This document shows positions 25,207 through 38,757 of a DNA stretch of 64,000 nt, in pieces. The notes under the pieces are model-generated. The model searched no databases and had not been told where the DNA came from. It saw nothing but the letters and a program-made list of their open reading frames with translations. The position numbers and the translations under genes are program-made. How positions within the stretch are numbered: position 1 is the stretch's first letter; the number at the start of each line of letters is the position of its first letter. The stretch is from Psammoneis japonica (lineage: Eukaryota): positions 1 through 64,000 of the forward strand of contig QPGO01000083.1 in assembly GCA_008632985.1 (NCBI GenBank), read 5' to 3'.

Positions 25207-27929
25207 GCAGAAATTGTGAATACACCAATCAGAACTGACCACCTCATCATGAAAAGAACCACATGTTAAATTCTTCGATATCGCATGCATAAATTAATTA
25301 ATACTTAGTTACTGCCGGAAAGTTCTTTCGGCAATGTCGGATAATGGGTCATAACAATACAATGACATAAAAGATATATAACCATGAGGAAGTTATCGAC
25401 ATCAGCGAACAGCCCCTGTCGATTGAATCAATCGACTGTAAAACTCGAATGGAGCTTAAAGCTCTCTGTCTAATCTCTCTCCGTTTGGCTGTTGAGATCG
25501 ATCCGTGCAACGCTCCTCACAAATGGAAACCACTCCATAACTCAAGCACAACATGAGAATCCTTTAGTCTTTATCAGTCCAAATGTTCTCATGAAGGTTG
25601 TCAACCAGTGTGGAAGAGAAGAAGGTTGAGTCGTCAAAGCCACCTTCAGCAGCCGAGAGCCGACCGCCGGCCAAGAAGCAAGGCACAAAAAAGCAAACCT
25701 CAGCACCAGCAAAAAACAACCACAGAAGGCATCAAAGTGAAACCAAGAATCTTGACAAGCATGTCTCTGCAGGCTCCAAGGTCTCGTCGAAAGACACAAC
25801 CTCCTTTGTCGCAACTTCCAAGGTGCAAAAGACAAGCTCGTGCATCTTGCCACACACGCATGCACAGCAAGCATGGTGAAAGAAGTGGCATGAATGTCCT
25901 GACAAACTGGTCAACCTCGTGATGAGGGAGTGCAAAAAATGGAAAAAGAGTGCACACCACCCCTTGAGGAAGGAAAAACTTGGCTGACGGCGGGAAAGAA
26001 ATTGCCTTGAGAGGCAAGAAATCTGAATCCAAGGAAAAGAGGAAAATCCAAGGGTCAAAACAAAGGGGGAACACATGTCCAAAAACATGCACAGATGGAA
26101 AATGAAAGAGAGGCCAACAAACAACAAGTCTCGCAAACCTTGTTGCTGGAACAAGCAGGGGGGGTCACACTCAGGCACTCTGTCGCCAGAAAGAGCAGAG
26201 GAAAGTGCAGCAAATCTGATTGCAAAGGAGAGGTTTTTGTCACTGAAAAGCTTCAAGCCAGGCACTGTTGGAACATCTGGATCACAGGAAATGCAGAGTG
26301 GACCAATGGTCTCTCACCCACACAGGAGCTGTGGTTGTGAAGCCAAAATGGTGGGGGCTTTTTGATGGAAGAGATCCAACTCATGTGCACAACAGAGTGC
26401 ACATTGACCAACACTTGTGCTTCAGCTGTGTGCACTGTCAGAAGACAACAAGCATGGAGGATGCATGCAAGGGCAAAAGTGGTTTCAAGTTGATGGCATG
26501 AAATTGCAGAGTCAAAACAGTTGCTTGCCATGCCAAAAAATGCAAGACATTCACGATCAAAGACAAGGTTGGATGCTTGCGTGCATCAACATGTGCTGCA
26601 CAATGCAGGCATTGATGGCCCTCAAGTGTTGCTGCAAGCTTGTGGCCACACACCTTTTACAAAGCAAACAATGCAGTGAATGAAGAGCCCGGCTTTCAGA
26701 GTCCCAAGCACTGTGCACCAAAAAATTCCACACACAACAAATGTCTTGAGTGACGCCCAAGCACTGGCTCTCATTTGGGTGTGTGGAGTGTGTGATGGAT
26801 GACCAGCTTCAAACCAACCACCATGCAATAAATGTGGCCCAGCATCTGAGGTGTGACATCAATCCTCTTCTTGCATGCAAACCTTCTGACAAAATCCCAA
26901 AACCACCTGCATCATTGAAGGGTGGTGGTTTCACACACAAGCAGCCATGCTTGAGCATGTGATGCTCACCAATTGCCTGCATGCCCACCTGTGGTTTGTC
27001 AAAATGTTGTCTGCAGATTTAGAAACACTTCATTGCAGCAGACTGACACCAGTGTGTGAAAAAGGACCTCCACACCATCCTCCTCTTCAACAATGACAAA
27101 ATGCAAAGTGTTGACATTGACCCCTCTTCAATGGAATGAAAGATGACATCAAATGATGTGTCCAACATGATGACAGCAATGGCAGGTGAGGCATGCCAGC
27201 AGCAAAACCAGCAGCCAACACTCATGTTCCCCACAAAGATGACTCAGAAGATGACAAAGGAGCAGGCAGTGGGTGCATTGCTCTCTTTGAGGCAAAGCTC
27301 TTTTTTTGTTCTTTGTTTTTTTCTCTGACTGCCCAGCTCCATGGCTGTCTTGACAAGTTGCTTGGCATTTTCTTCAGGAAACAACAAAACTTTGTCAGGG
27401 GTTGACCCAGACACCCCTGTGCCAAGCATCATGAGTGTGCTTTGCGGTGTTGCCAACCCTGCTTCTGTGGCAGCACACTTTGGTCACAGCAGCAAATGCA
27501 GGCTGAAGCAGAGCAGCAGAGATGATCATTGACAATGAAGAGTTTGAGCATGAAATGACTTCAGCTGTGTTCAAAGAATGTGTTGGTGAGACCTTGGACA
27601 GCTGCAGCAGATTTTTTGCAGAGACATGGGATTTGCCAGAGACATCAAAGCAAAAATCAAGCAGCACAGCCCAAAGAGCATTGCCAATCCTCACAGACAA
27701 CAGAGACAACAAGAACTTGCAGACTTCTCTGCACAGCAACAGCTGCAAATGGGTGGCAAAGCCAAGCAGAGCCATCAGTGGCTGTCTTGTGCATGTGTGA
27801 CATTGATGAAAAGAAAGAGCACAGTTTCCCACCCTGTTCAGCACCACCTGCATGACAGCCAAACCGTTCAAGACAATGGCACCACATCACAGCAAGCACT
27901 CTCAAACCAACGCTGTGCATGCCGCATGC

Positions 27930-30900
27930 ATGGCAAAGCCAAAGGAAAGCATCTTCCCTCATGGGGCGGTGCTGCTGCAGAAACGTTGTCTGTGACACTT
28001 CGTGCACAAGCCCGCTGAAGTTTCCACTCATGACTGTGTCGTGAGGGCTGTTGAAATTAATGGCCATGTCTCTCAGTTTTTGCCTGTGATGCAGGGAGGA
28101 GCAACACCGGTGTCATCACCCAATGACGAACTCTGTGACTTGATTGAGTGCAGAGTGCCAAATGCGTGGCAGAAGATCATGATGCTACAGAATTTTGACC
28201 CGTTGGCTCACACCATGTTCGAGTTTTTCCAATTCTGCAAGCGGGTTGAGCAGGTCGAGTCTGCCGAAGGTAACCAGGACCAACATGTTAAGGTCCCACG
28301 CAAGCGGGGCCACAGAACGGACAATTCTGAGTTGTTGATCATGAATCAGAAGAACACCCAGAAGTCGTGCATGCTCCACGGGACCAACTGTGGACATCAC
28401 ACTGACGATTGCTTCTCAAACACTTCAACTGATCCCAATGGGCGGCTCCATCATTTGTCATGCCAAAGAAAGACTCAACGGTGTGGTTCATCAATGACTT
28501 CAGGGAGCTGAACAAATGGATCAAGCGATCACCTTGTCCGATCCCTCATGTCCAAGATGTGCCACCAAAGCTCAAAGGCTTTGTGTGGGCTGCATCATTG
28601 GATCTTAATGTGGGTCATCATCACATTCGTTTGGACACTGACAGCAAGAAGCTCTGTGCACTCATCTTCCCGTGGGGCAAGCATGAGATGCAAGCATTGC
28701 CCATGGGGTTATGCAATTTGCCAGACATCTTCCAAGAGTGCATGTCAGGCTTGTTTGAAGATCTGTCATTTGTTCAAACATGCTCAGATGACCTTCTTGT
28801 CATGACAAAAGGCACCTGTGAAGATCACCTCAAGAAACTTGAAGAAGTGCTGTTGAGGGTCCAGAAAGCATGACTTGAAGTTAACGCAACTAAGTCGCAC
28901 TTCTGCCAAACCCAATTAGAGCACTTGGGTCATCTTGTCAACCGTGACAGCAGGCGGCTAACACCTGCAAAAGTTGACACCATTGAACGCATTGCAAAGC
29001 CTGCAAATGAGCGTGACCTGCACTCATTTGTGGGTTTGGCAAACTGCTGTGCCGCGACATGTGGATCAGACGTTCTGAAGTCTTGGCTCCACCAACACAA
29101 CTCGTTAGCAAGACTGTCAAGTGGGAATGGACGTCCGTTGAAGACAAGGCATTTGAAACCGTCAAGCGGACACTGTCAGAAGATGTGTTGTTGACACATC
29201 CTGATTTTAACAAACCCTTTGTGATGTGTGCCGATGCCTCTAAACGTCAATTGGGAGCAGCCACATCCCAGGACAATGAACCAATCACATTTCATGGCAG
29301 AAAGCTTGACAGCACGCAATTAAATCACACAACAATGGAGAGAGAATTGCCCACCATTGTGGAGATGTTGAAAGAATTTCGAACGACACTCCTTGGTCAT
29401 CGTGTGGTCACACACACTGATCATAAAAATCTCACATGTGAAGCATTCAATGCCGAATGCATGATGCGCTGGTGGTCAACATGTGAAGAATGTAGTCCCG
29501 AATTACAACATGTCAATGGTGCCCACAACCCAGTCGCTGACGCTCTTGGTTGCCTTCGGCTGGCACCACCTTTGCCTTCCAAATCCAATCCGGATGCAGA
29601 GGACACTCCATCGAGTTGTCCCTTGCATGAAGCTTTCAATGCAGACGTGCCAGACGCCTCACCTGCACCTGTTGGCTTCAAGCGCATCCAAAAAGAGCAA
29701 CAACAGGACAAGCGCCTGCTGTCACAAGCTGAGGACTTGTCTGACTGCTCCATTTGCGCATGTTGTGGGGGAGGGTCATCACGACAGTCAATGTGTCACA
29801 AGGACAAAATTGCAGTGCCACAGTCATTGCAGGTTCCGTTAACTGAATGGCACCACGAAACACTGTGTCATCTGGGTGAGACACATGCGGAAACATCTGT
29901 TGCCCAGCACTTCTGCTGGCCCAGTGTGAGGTCTATGGTGCATTCTACATGCATTGAGTGCAAACGATGCCAGAGGACAAAATGCCAAATGCAGCATCAT
30001 GGGAAGCTGCCAGAAAAGGTCGCTGAGACAATTCCATGGGAGACTCCATGCACAGACATGACAGGGCCCTGTAAAATCCAAAGATGCGGAAAGGACACCT
30101 TGCAATTGTGGGCGGTCACTGTGATCAATCCAGCAACCAGATGGTTCGAGATCAAGGAAGTGTCTGCAAAATGCGCAGATGCAGTGGCAAACGTCGTGGA
30201 ACAAACCTGGCTGTGCAGATGTCCGTGGCCAACCCAGACAGTGTGTGACCGTGGGACAGAATTCATGGCAGAATTTAGCCAAATGATCAAAAATGACTGT
30301 GGGATTCTGAAGAAACCCACAAGCAAATGCAATCCACAGGCGAGTGCCACAGTCGAATGTGCACACCAGACACTTGGCAATGTGGTGCGTTCATTTTCAG
30401 CACATGACATGGAAGTGGACGAGGATGACCCATGGAGTGGCATTCCATCTGCTGCAGCCTTTGCCACAAGAGCTGCGGCACATGCAACCACATGTGCAAG
30501 CCCCGCGCAATTGGTCTTTGGACGCGATGCGGTTTTGTCCATTGCCCATCGTGCCAAGTGGAAGCACATGGAAACCAGAAAGCAGAAGCTTGTCCACTTG
30601 AACAACGAGCATGAAAATCAGAAATGCAAGGAGTGCCAACACACCGTTGGACAATTGGCACTTGTGAAACAAGAACAATCTTCTAAGTGCGGTTCTGACT
30701 GCTGTGCAGGACCTGCCAGAGTTGTCTGTGTGTGTGACAATGGCACATTGTGCACCCAGAACGGAGCACTGACAGATGCGTGCAATCTGTGGCAGATTGT
30801 GCCCCATCACCAGTGAGACATTCTGTCACTCAACGGCCCTGATCATGGGGGAGTGTGCAGCATGCCTCAGTGCTGGACAACACGGCGCAACCATGCACAG

Positions 30901-31080
30901 CCTCTTGTGCGTGGCAATGCAGTGTTGTCAGCACACACCTGGGAAGCATGACCACAGGAGGGCGTGGCTCTGTGTCTCAGGCAAACTAGAAGGATGCCAA
31001 GAGAGCACCCGTGTGAAGCACACCAACCTGTTGTCTGGCCCACAACAGTGGTGTGATTCCACACAATGACATCACTCACA
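27930..31080 (+). mobile_element. Ty3/Gypsy LTR retrotransposon, 5'-truncated, internally deleted, hypermutated
   Basis: gag (IFP..AVLLQKRCL; VPNAWQK; CMLHG..CGHHTDDC) is joined at ~28420 directly to RT (WAAPSF.MPKKD; DFRELN; LDLNVGHHH; PMGL; CSDD), then RNase H (DASKRQLG; ERELP; TDHKNL; NPVADAL) and integrase (HHETLCH...CKRC; DRGTEF; NPQAS.TVE). PPT catgggggagtg at ~30844-30855 is followed by a probable 3' LTR from 30856 (end uncertain). Confidence 0.92.
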
Positions 31081-31939
31081 CATGGCGCGTGATGGCATGA
31101 TTCGCACGATCCACAATGCGAGTGCACGATCGACTGGTGCGATCCAAAATGCGAACGAATGGCTGATTTGACAAGATTCCCCATTTGCACGATTCCATTT
31201 CTCTGCACATGAACTGGCTCATAATTTTCACATCGATGCAGTTGAAACACATCCACATCATTGACCACTCAGTGGTTGGCAATTGCAGACTTTTTTGTGT
31301 CGGCCCCGCAGTCGGGGGGTCGGGCAGTCCGGCAGTCCGGCTGAATTTGAAAGTGTGTCCCTCGGATTTTGGAATGGGATGGGTTGTTTAGCACAGATGA
31401 ATTCTTCGAATTCGTGGAATGATCATTGAGGACATGAGAGGTCCTGGGGACATCCTAAAAAATCAACAAATTCCCTGTGACGGGTGTGTGGAACGGTTTT
31501 TCAGGAGAGCTCGAAAGTTCTGAAAAATTGGGATTGCCGGCGTGGCATGTTGAAAAATGCATGCAGTTGCAAACAAAGACAATTTATCGTGAATTCTACA
31601 CAAAACAGTCACATTGGGGAAAACATGTTGAACAACAAGTGAGTTTGTGCAATGCGCCATTATGGCGATAAATTGGAAAAAAAGAGTGTCCGTGCACATT
31701 GCTGCAGCCCCAAAAATGGCATGAGACATCAAATGCAATGGTCATCCACGTCACCGGTGCGGTGGCCATGCCACTCAGCCGCCACAACTAACACCGGCCC
31801 CGGCAGCAGGGCCCTGCGCACGTGCAGGCAATGCAGCATGCAACGGCACACACCCACACCCACAAAGAAAGACAAGTGCTCAATGCTCCCTGCAGGCCTG
31901 GTTTTTGTCACCCGTTGCATGCACAGGGCACAAAAGAAA

Positions 31940-32600
31940 CTCACCTGCTCTCATGCACACCATCACAAGGTGACAGCACCTTGGCATCTGGGTGGCTCTG
32001 CACAAGTCAAACTTTGACAAAGTCAAAGATCCCACATGCAGCTGGTGACAGCACGCAACTTTGCTGAGATCATGATCCAAGCTTAGAGCCAGTCCTGCAG
32101 TCAGTGGTTCCTGGGAACAACCAACATCATTGTTGATTTCTCATCAAGAGATGGCAACCCATCAGATCATCAACTTGCCCTTTCGTTTCTCCCCACTGAA
32201 TTGCTGAGCAGATTCCTTGTGGTTCTCAAATCTCACCACTGCCCAACAATGTCATTTTGCAGTTGATCTCATTGGAGCTAAAATTGCTTGTCAAGAAGCA
32301 AATGCTGAAGACACCAACAAGAAGCAAGGCGCAGCATTCTCATGCTGTGAGACGTGTTTTGGTGAAGTTGAACTCAGAGACAACCCTTTCCTTGATGGAC
32401 TTGCCATCACCCAGCCTTGCTAAACCCTTGGAGCTTTTGATGTGGCTGTGTGTGATGGTTGGCACTCAGCAGACAGATTTGATGGACTGCTGGAAGGGGC
32501 CATCATTGGAGCCACAATGGACAATGTGGCATTGACCTTCAGTGCCAACAACAGGAAGGATTCACAACTTGTCAAGCAATGTCATTTGGGATCTGGGGAC
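31940..32600 (+). mobile_element. Fragment of a tyrosine-recombinase (DIRS/Ngaro-like) retrotransposon: RNase H and start of the YR ORF
   Basis: GDSTLASGWL.KSNF...ARNFAEIMI...SQWF.G..NIIVDFSSRD, then overlapping ETCFGEVELRDNPFLDGL...LLGAF...TMDNVALTF. Recognised from memory of the family. Confidence 0.6.
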
Positions 32601-33099
32601 ACACCTCACATCCAGGAATGAAAATTCCCCCTCCAACTGCTGCAATGATGTTTGCAGTTGTGCTCAGGACTGGAGCTTGTTGCTGATGTGGAGAGCTGGT
32701 TTTGATGGGCCATTGGCTTGAAGCATTCATGGACAACAAGCAACAGGGATGCATGGTGCAGAGTCCAGTGTTGGTCAAATGGGGTGGACGTGCAGATTGG
32801 CCATGTCAAAGTTGACCCAGCGAACAATGAATCTGGATGGTGCGGTCTGTTCCTGATCAGAGGGTAGATGCACTCATTGTGTTGCACATTCTCTTCCACA
32901 ATCTAAGTGCATTTGGGTTTTCAGTGACAGTGCTGCTGTTTTGAAATGGGGCTTGAGGAGGCACTGTGCTTGCTCTTGTGTTGCATTGGGATTCACTCAC
33001 TTTGTTTGAGCTGCTGGCAAAAATGCTGATCAAAAGGACATGAGATGCACAACTCCCTTGTGAGTGGCTGTCACATTGTGTTTGATTGCAGTGTCACCA

Positions 33100-33310
33100 C
33101 TTTGCTCCATTGCATCAACCAGTGTCATGTGATGGACTGTTTGGCAAAAGAAACCAAGGCAGTGCTGTGCAGGATCTCTTCCAAACTGACCAACAAATGG
33201 CAAAAGCCACATTCAGAGGTGTGCAGCAATGTCAATGCAAGAATGAGTGTCAGTGGTGTGGGCAACTCACCATTGCCTCAGGGAATCATGCATCCCTTTG
33301 TCCCAGATCA
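33100..33310 (+). mobile_element. Extreme 3' end of an RLE-type non-LTR retrotransposon
   Basis: DGLFGK/ETKAVLCRISSKLTNKWQKPHSEVCSNVNARMS.VVWATHHCLRESCIP matches the C-terminal KW..PYS.V...VRARMS...RATH.CLRGSR.P motif. Confidence 0.7.
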
Positions 33311-35479
33311 GCTCCAGATGGTGCCAGTGGGAAGATGGCAACGGTCCATCCCTGTGCAAGCACCAAATGACCCTGCTTGGGCCAGACTGTGCCACTGCCA
33401 AGAACAGATGCCAAACACCAGCTTGCAGATGACCTCTGCACACAGCCCCAAGACAGCCAAAACACCATCACAAATGTGGCAAATGGTGCCAGATCTCTTT
33501 TAAACTTTGTGTGCAGATGATGGAAACCATGCACAAAATCCATCTCTTGTTTGCATGGCTGCGTTAGCCACATGACACCCATTTTCTAAAAAAAAAAACT
33601 TCACAAATGCGCGTGTGACAGGTCAAATTTTGAATTGCCTCAGTCATTTTTGGGTTGAGATGCCATTGACTCCTCCTGGCCAACCAATTGGCCAGTCTGT
33701 TGATTTTCCATTTAGAGGTCATTGGTCACAAATGTTTCAATGCCAGCTGCTTTTGTCTTTCAATTCTTCACCCAAGTCTTTGAATGCTGCATGACATTGC
33801 ACTTCTTTTCTGTTGAGAGATCGATTTTTGAATCTTGTGCTTTTTGTGCAAACAATCACTTTCAAACTGTGGGTCATGAGCAAAACAACTCACCCCCTTT
33901 TTTCTGTGCCTGAAAAGGACAATCACACGATGCAAGCCCAGATTGTTGCCACATTGTTTTAAAAATCAATGTCTGGTGATTTCAATCTTTGGCTGGTCAT
34001 TTTTGCAGCAAGAGCCTGAGAGCCTTCTTGGAGCCCCTTCTTGTGTGCCTCAAGCACCTGAGGAACTCATTCAATGCCAAAGACATGCCCTTCATTTTCC
34101 TGCCTTTCAAGCTTCTTCCTGAAGACAAAGTCTCTTTCTTGTGGTCACTCTGGACAGAACCACACAAACCCATCAGTTGTCTTTCTGCAGTCAAAATTTT
34201 GTCAACAATCAAGCTCTCAATTGACCTCCCCTAGAGCTTGTGTGCAGTTGTTGCATTGTTGCAGAAAAAAACCTGGGAACTCCATCACACCATTGTCCTC
34301 ATTGCCCTTTGGTGTTCTGTCAGGTTGTGGCCTTGCGCTGTGCCGCTGAACTCTGCACCATGCTTTCTGTTTCGATTCATTTGTTTTGTGAGCTGATCAA
34401 GCAAGCCTCATCTCTTGTTCCCAAAAGGATGTTTTTCTCTCATTCCTGGCATTTTTCACACTCGTAGAAACACACCGGATTTCCACGTGTGCATGACCAA
34501 AAATGTTTTCTCCAAGTCCAGCCATGGTGTCTCCTGACCCTGCAAAGGCTGCTCCCACATCCATTGCAGAGATCTGTCACACACTCCAAGCACATGACAC
34601 TCCACCACATGTCCACAAGTCCCTGAGCATGCTGTGTGCGGATTCCATGCTTGATCTGGATCCATTCTTTGAAGACCCAGATCACACTTGGCCTGAGAAG
34701 AACTTTGTGGACTCATTCCATGAGTTTCTTGTCAACCAAGCATTTCCACCTTGCACGGTGGATCCTGCGGACATGCTGTCCATCAAGACAATTGTGGATG
34801 AAGCCCTTTTTTTGTTTGGGCCCTGCTGAGCCTCACATGATTCATTTGACAATTGAAGGTCTCTCATCCATGATCAAGTTTAATCTTCAGCAACACAAGC
34901 ATGCTGCACATGTTCTCATGTCAACACAGCACATGCATGCACTCGATCCTGACATGCAATGAAATTGTGGAGATTGGAAAGAGTTTTCGCTTTCTCTGCA
35001 TGCATCCAAACAAGCACCTGCAGCTCCACCGCTGTCAACCATGAATCCTTCATTGATCTGCATGGACCATTTTGCAATGGCTTTGCATGACGTTGCGTCA
35101 TGTTGTGCACAACCACATGTTGCACCCCAGTGTCAACCTCCACAAGAACATCTGCCTCATCCAGCAACAAATGTGAGTTTCTTGTTGATTGGCACACTCA
35201 ATCTTGTCAAGGCCTGGCACAGTCCTTCATCAGTGACTGCGCCACTCCACACGAATGCAGCCATGCATCCTGGAGGTGGCTGCTGCAACGCATGTCACAT
35301 CCAACAATGAATGCACCACCCACCTCAGTTGGCATTCACGACCTTGTCATGGCATTGTGTGGTTCCTCATTGCAGTCCACATTGCTTGTTGTGACTGCCA
35401 ACTTGTCTCATGGAGACTCTGCCATGCCTGTCATGTCTGTGGATCACCATGCAACTCCTGACACCAAGGCCACTGGGGA

Positions 35480-35700
35480 GATTGAAAATGGCTCACATGT
35501 TTGAGTCAGAGAACCCAATTGCAATTGCTCCAAGTTGCACCCCATGTCCAAGAAGGGCATTTTCCTTGGGTGTTCATCTGATGCCAACAAGCACCTCCTG
35601 TGGCGGGATCCTGAAACCTCTCAGATCAACAGGGGCATGTGTGTGCACTTTGACGAGGACCCCCCTTGTACAAAGGATCAATGCAATCCAGACCCTTTGC
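35480..35700 (+). mobile_element. Copia-type post-integrase fragment
   Basis: KKGIFLGCSS...WRDPETSQINRGMCVHFDE (from GIFLGY...V.FDE). Confidence 0.6.
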
Positions 35701-37703
35701 CTTCTGGTGACCGTGATGGATGTGAAAAAGCTTCATGCTCTCTTCCTCACCTCAGGCCTTGTCTTGTTGGAGCAATCATGCATCATTTGAAGATTCCAAG
35801 ATGGATGCTGCCACACTGAGTCTGCCAGCCACAATCATGCAGATGTGACTCACAATGAAGATGCAATTTTAACAGGTGCTTGGATTGATCCCATGAGCAC
35901 CACTGTGCAGCACATCAAGTCTCCTGCATCTGTTGTGGTTCCTGTGAGTGAGCCATCTGCAGTGGTTGCTGCTGGTTCTCTGGCATTGCATGATGAATTT
36001 TGGAACTTCCCCATGACATCAAGGATGTTTTGCTTCAGCCCCCAAGCACTCATTGTGACATTTTGATTGTTTTGTGCCATGGTGGCATTGTGCACAAGAC
36101 AGAAGGATCATTCTCTCTTTCCAAGATTGAACCAATGCTGTCACAAACTCCTGCAATGCTGTCATTTGACAAGGACAGTTGTCATCACCACATGAACAGT
36201 CACCCAGTTCCCTTGACTTTGGATTTTTGGCTTGGCCGTTGTCAATTTCAGATCTGCACCACTGCCAATGCTCACATTGTCAAAACAAGACTGACAGCAA
36301 CAGGGTGACTGTGAAAGAGGGCCATCATGTTTTGTTGTTGTCCGCCATTCCACCTCCTCCATCTGATGGGCTGGTCGCAAGTTGCAATCAACGCCACTTG
36401 TGTGAGTCTGACAGCTCTGGTCATGTCTCCCCTTGCAGATGACAATCCAAGCCCACCTCTTTAGATGACATCAAAACACAGTGCCAAGCATGTGCAAATG
36501 AGTCAGTGCAGCACACAATTGACTGCAATGACATGTCCATGATGGGTGCCCCTTTGCACGGCATTTCAGCTCAAATGTCACTCACCGTGCATCCATTTTC
36601 TTCCAAGGTGGACGTAACTTGTGGTTCTGTTCCCTCTTTTCATTCCAGGTTCCAGGTTGGATCAAGGTGTGTTGCATCCATTGGTTTGGCTGGTGTGTTG
36701 CACATGTTGTTTTTGACCCTTTCCACCATCATGGTGACACTCGCGTTTCACAGTTTGTGCCATTGCTTTCAAGCAATTGTTCTGCAAGACATGTCCAAGA
36801 CTCACCAAAGTGACAAATGCCTTTGTTCATTGCAGGGCTGCATTCACTGTCACTGTCATCCAAAGACCACATTGCCAACTGCAACCACCCCCCAAGCCTT
36901 TTGATGACTTCAATCACAAACCACAATCAACCGACCAATTCCTTTTACCTTTTTTTAGAAGAACCTTTGTCATCAACAATTTTTTGTCCAATGACATCCA
37001 CTGCAGTCACTGTTGAGCCTCCCAACCATCTGAAAGAGACTCGCGTGACACTCGCGTGCATTGATTGGGATTTTCTCCCAATTTTAGAGTGTTTGCTGAA
37101 TGGAATTGCTCCTCTGCCCCTCAAGAACACTGCATTGGTGACAGATCTCCAATTTGCATCTGACCCAATCAATCCCAAAACTGTTGGCATTCCCAATGTG
37201 GCACCGGTTTGGCTGTTTCTTTTAGCACCAGCTGCTCCAGCATGCATTGACTTTCTTGGAGAACTGACAACAACACGTGGTGACAATGCACTTGATGTGG
37301 ATGCTAGAACAGATCCCATGAATGGAACTTTGCTGGACATCAAGTCTGCCAAGTCTGATGTGATCCCCAGCAGCAAGCCATCCACAGTGAATGGAGCTGG
37401 TTTCCCAGTGCTGTCTGCAAGATTGGTGGCATTTTCTGCAAACGTCAATGCCAGTCTTCTTCAGACCCCTCAGTTTTTGGCTCTGACAATTCCAGTGTCA
37501 CATGCAATGGCGGCCATGCTCCTCTAAAGGATGGAACATGCTCCATTGCCAAGGTTGCACATGAGCTGCTTGCCGCCTGTGCAATGCCATTGGATGACAC
37601 TTGTGGACGCTGCAAGAAATCAGTTGATTGTCAAACTGGTTTGGCCGTTGTTAATTTTGGATGTGGGATGCTGTCATTCCTTCTCTCATCTGAGCCCGAC
37701 CAG

Positions 37704-38295
37704 TGAAAGTGGGGCAACCAAGAAAGAGGGCCACCAAGCATTGTTGCCTTCCACTGTGCGACCTCTTCCCTCCACCATCCAGAACGTTGGCCTGTTGCAT
37801 TGCATTTTTCATGGTGCTCCCAACCTGTCCACCATTGCTGATGATGACCCTGCATTTCAAGATTGGGGGAGGCATTGCTGCAGTGCAGAGGAAGCAAACA
37901 AGGCTTTTCAGCATTTGAGATTCAATCAAGATGCCACATTGGGTGATCAAGATTTGCACGTCGCTCACCCACCCAGCATCCACCTTCTTTCCACATCGAG
38001 TTGTGTCCTCTTGCAGCAAAGAGGAAGCCTGCAAGTTCCATGAAAGTGGGGCAACCCTGCAAGAGGGCCACCAAGTCATGTTGCCTTCCACCACAACACC
38101 TGTTTTGTTTGCTGACAAGACCGTCATGGTGTCAAACAGCATTTTTTCCTGTGGACCATCACTGACGATGACCCTGCATGCTTTAAACAGGGGAGGGATC
38201 ACCACAGTGCAGTGCAAGCATGCAAGGCTGTTGAGCAATGAAGATTCTTTTAAGACACCACATTTGACAACCAAGACTTGCATGCCCTGCCATCC
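37704..38295 (+). repeat. Diverged tandem duplication, ~337-bp period
   Basis: tgaaagtggggcaacc...aagagggccaccaag...tgttgccttccac at ~37704 and 38041. gatgaccctgcat, caaggct and caaga.ttgca blocks are colinear. Confidence 0.8.
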
Positions 38296-38567
38296 TTGCC
38301 TGTCATGCGAACACATTTTTCCAATGTTGATGACTTTTATGATGCACTCTCTTTGTCCAAAGTTTTTTTTTTCAAGGGCAAAACAAAATGTGACAGAGAG
38401 GCACTGCTTTGTCCAGTGGGTTGCTTCTGCTTTGTTTTTGCTGCATCATGCACCATGGTGAATTTCAATCCAGCCCCATTTTTGCCAGATGAGATGCAGC
38501 AACATTGCAACTTGCCAGAAAGTCCTTTTGCATTTGATTGTTTGTTGATTGACAAAATTTTTCTTGC

Positions 38568-38757
38568 ACTCAAGACTTGGTTGACATGCAAGATTTGTTG
38601 GAAGCTGCCTTTGACTTTTTTGTTGAACACTCCAATGGATCAACACACTCACCCTGAATTTATTTCTTTGGTGCAAGACTCGATTCATCTTCAAGATTTG
38701 TTGGAAACTGCCTTTGATGTTTTTGTCGAAGACTCCGTTGGATCAGCACATGCGCCC
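38568..38757 (+). repeat. Diverged tandem duplication, ~103-bp period
   Basis: caagatttgttggaa.ctgcctttga.....tgt.gaa.actcc..tggatca.caca occurs twice (QDLLEAAFDFFVE / QDLLETAFDVFVE). Confidence 0.8.

Noticed and set aside
27500..27930. 5' LTR of the Gypsy element
   Set aside because: No match to the sequence after the PPT (30856 onward) was found; the element appears 5'-truncated.
27930..30816. Alternative genetic code explaining the absence of Tyr
   Set aside because: Neighbouring host genes use Tyr and TAA/TAG normally, and TA loss affects all codon positions and non-coding LTR/PBS sequence.
4360..31320. cgcagtcggggg at ~4365 and ~31307 as element termini
   Set aside because: Only a 12-bp direct match, with no extended similarity or TSD.
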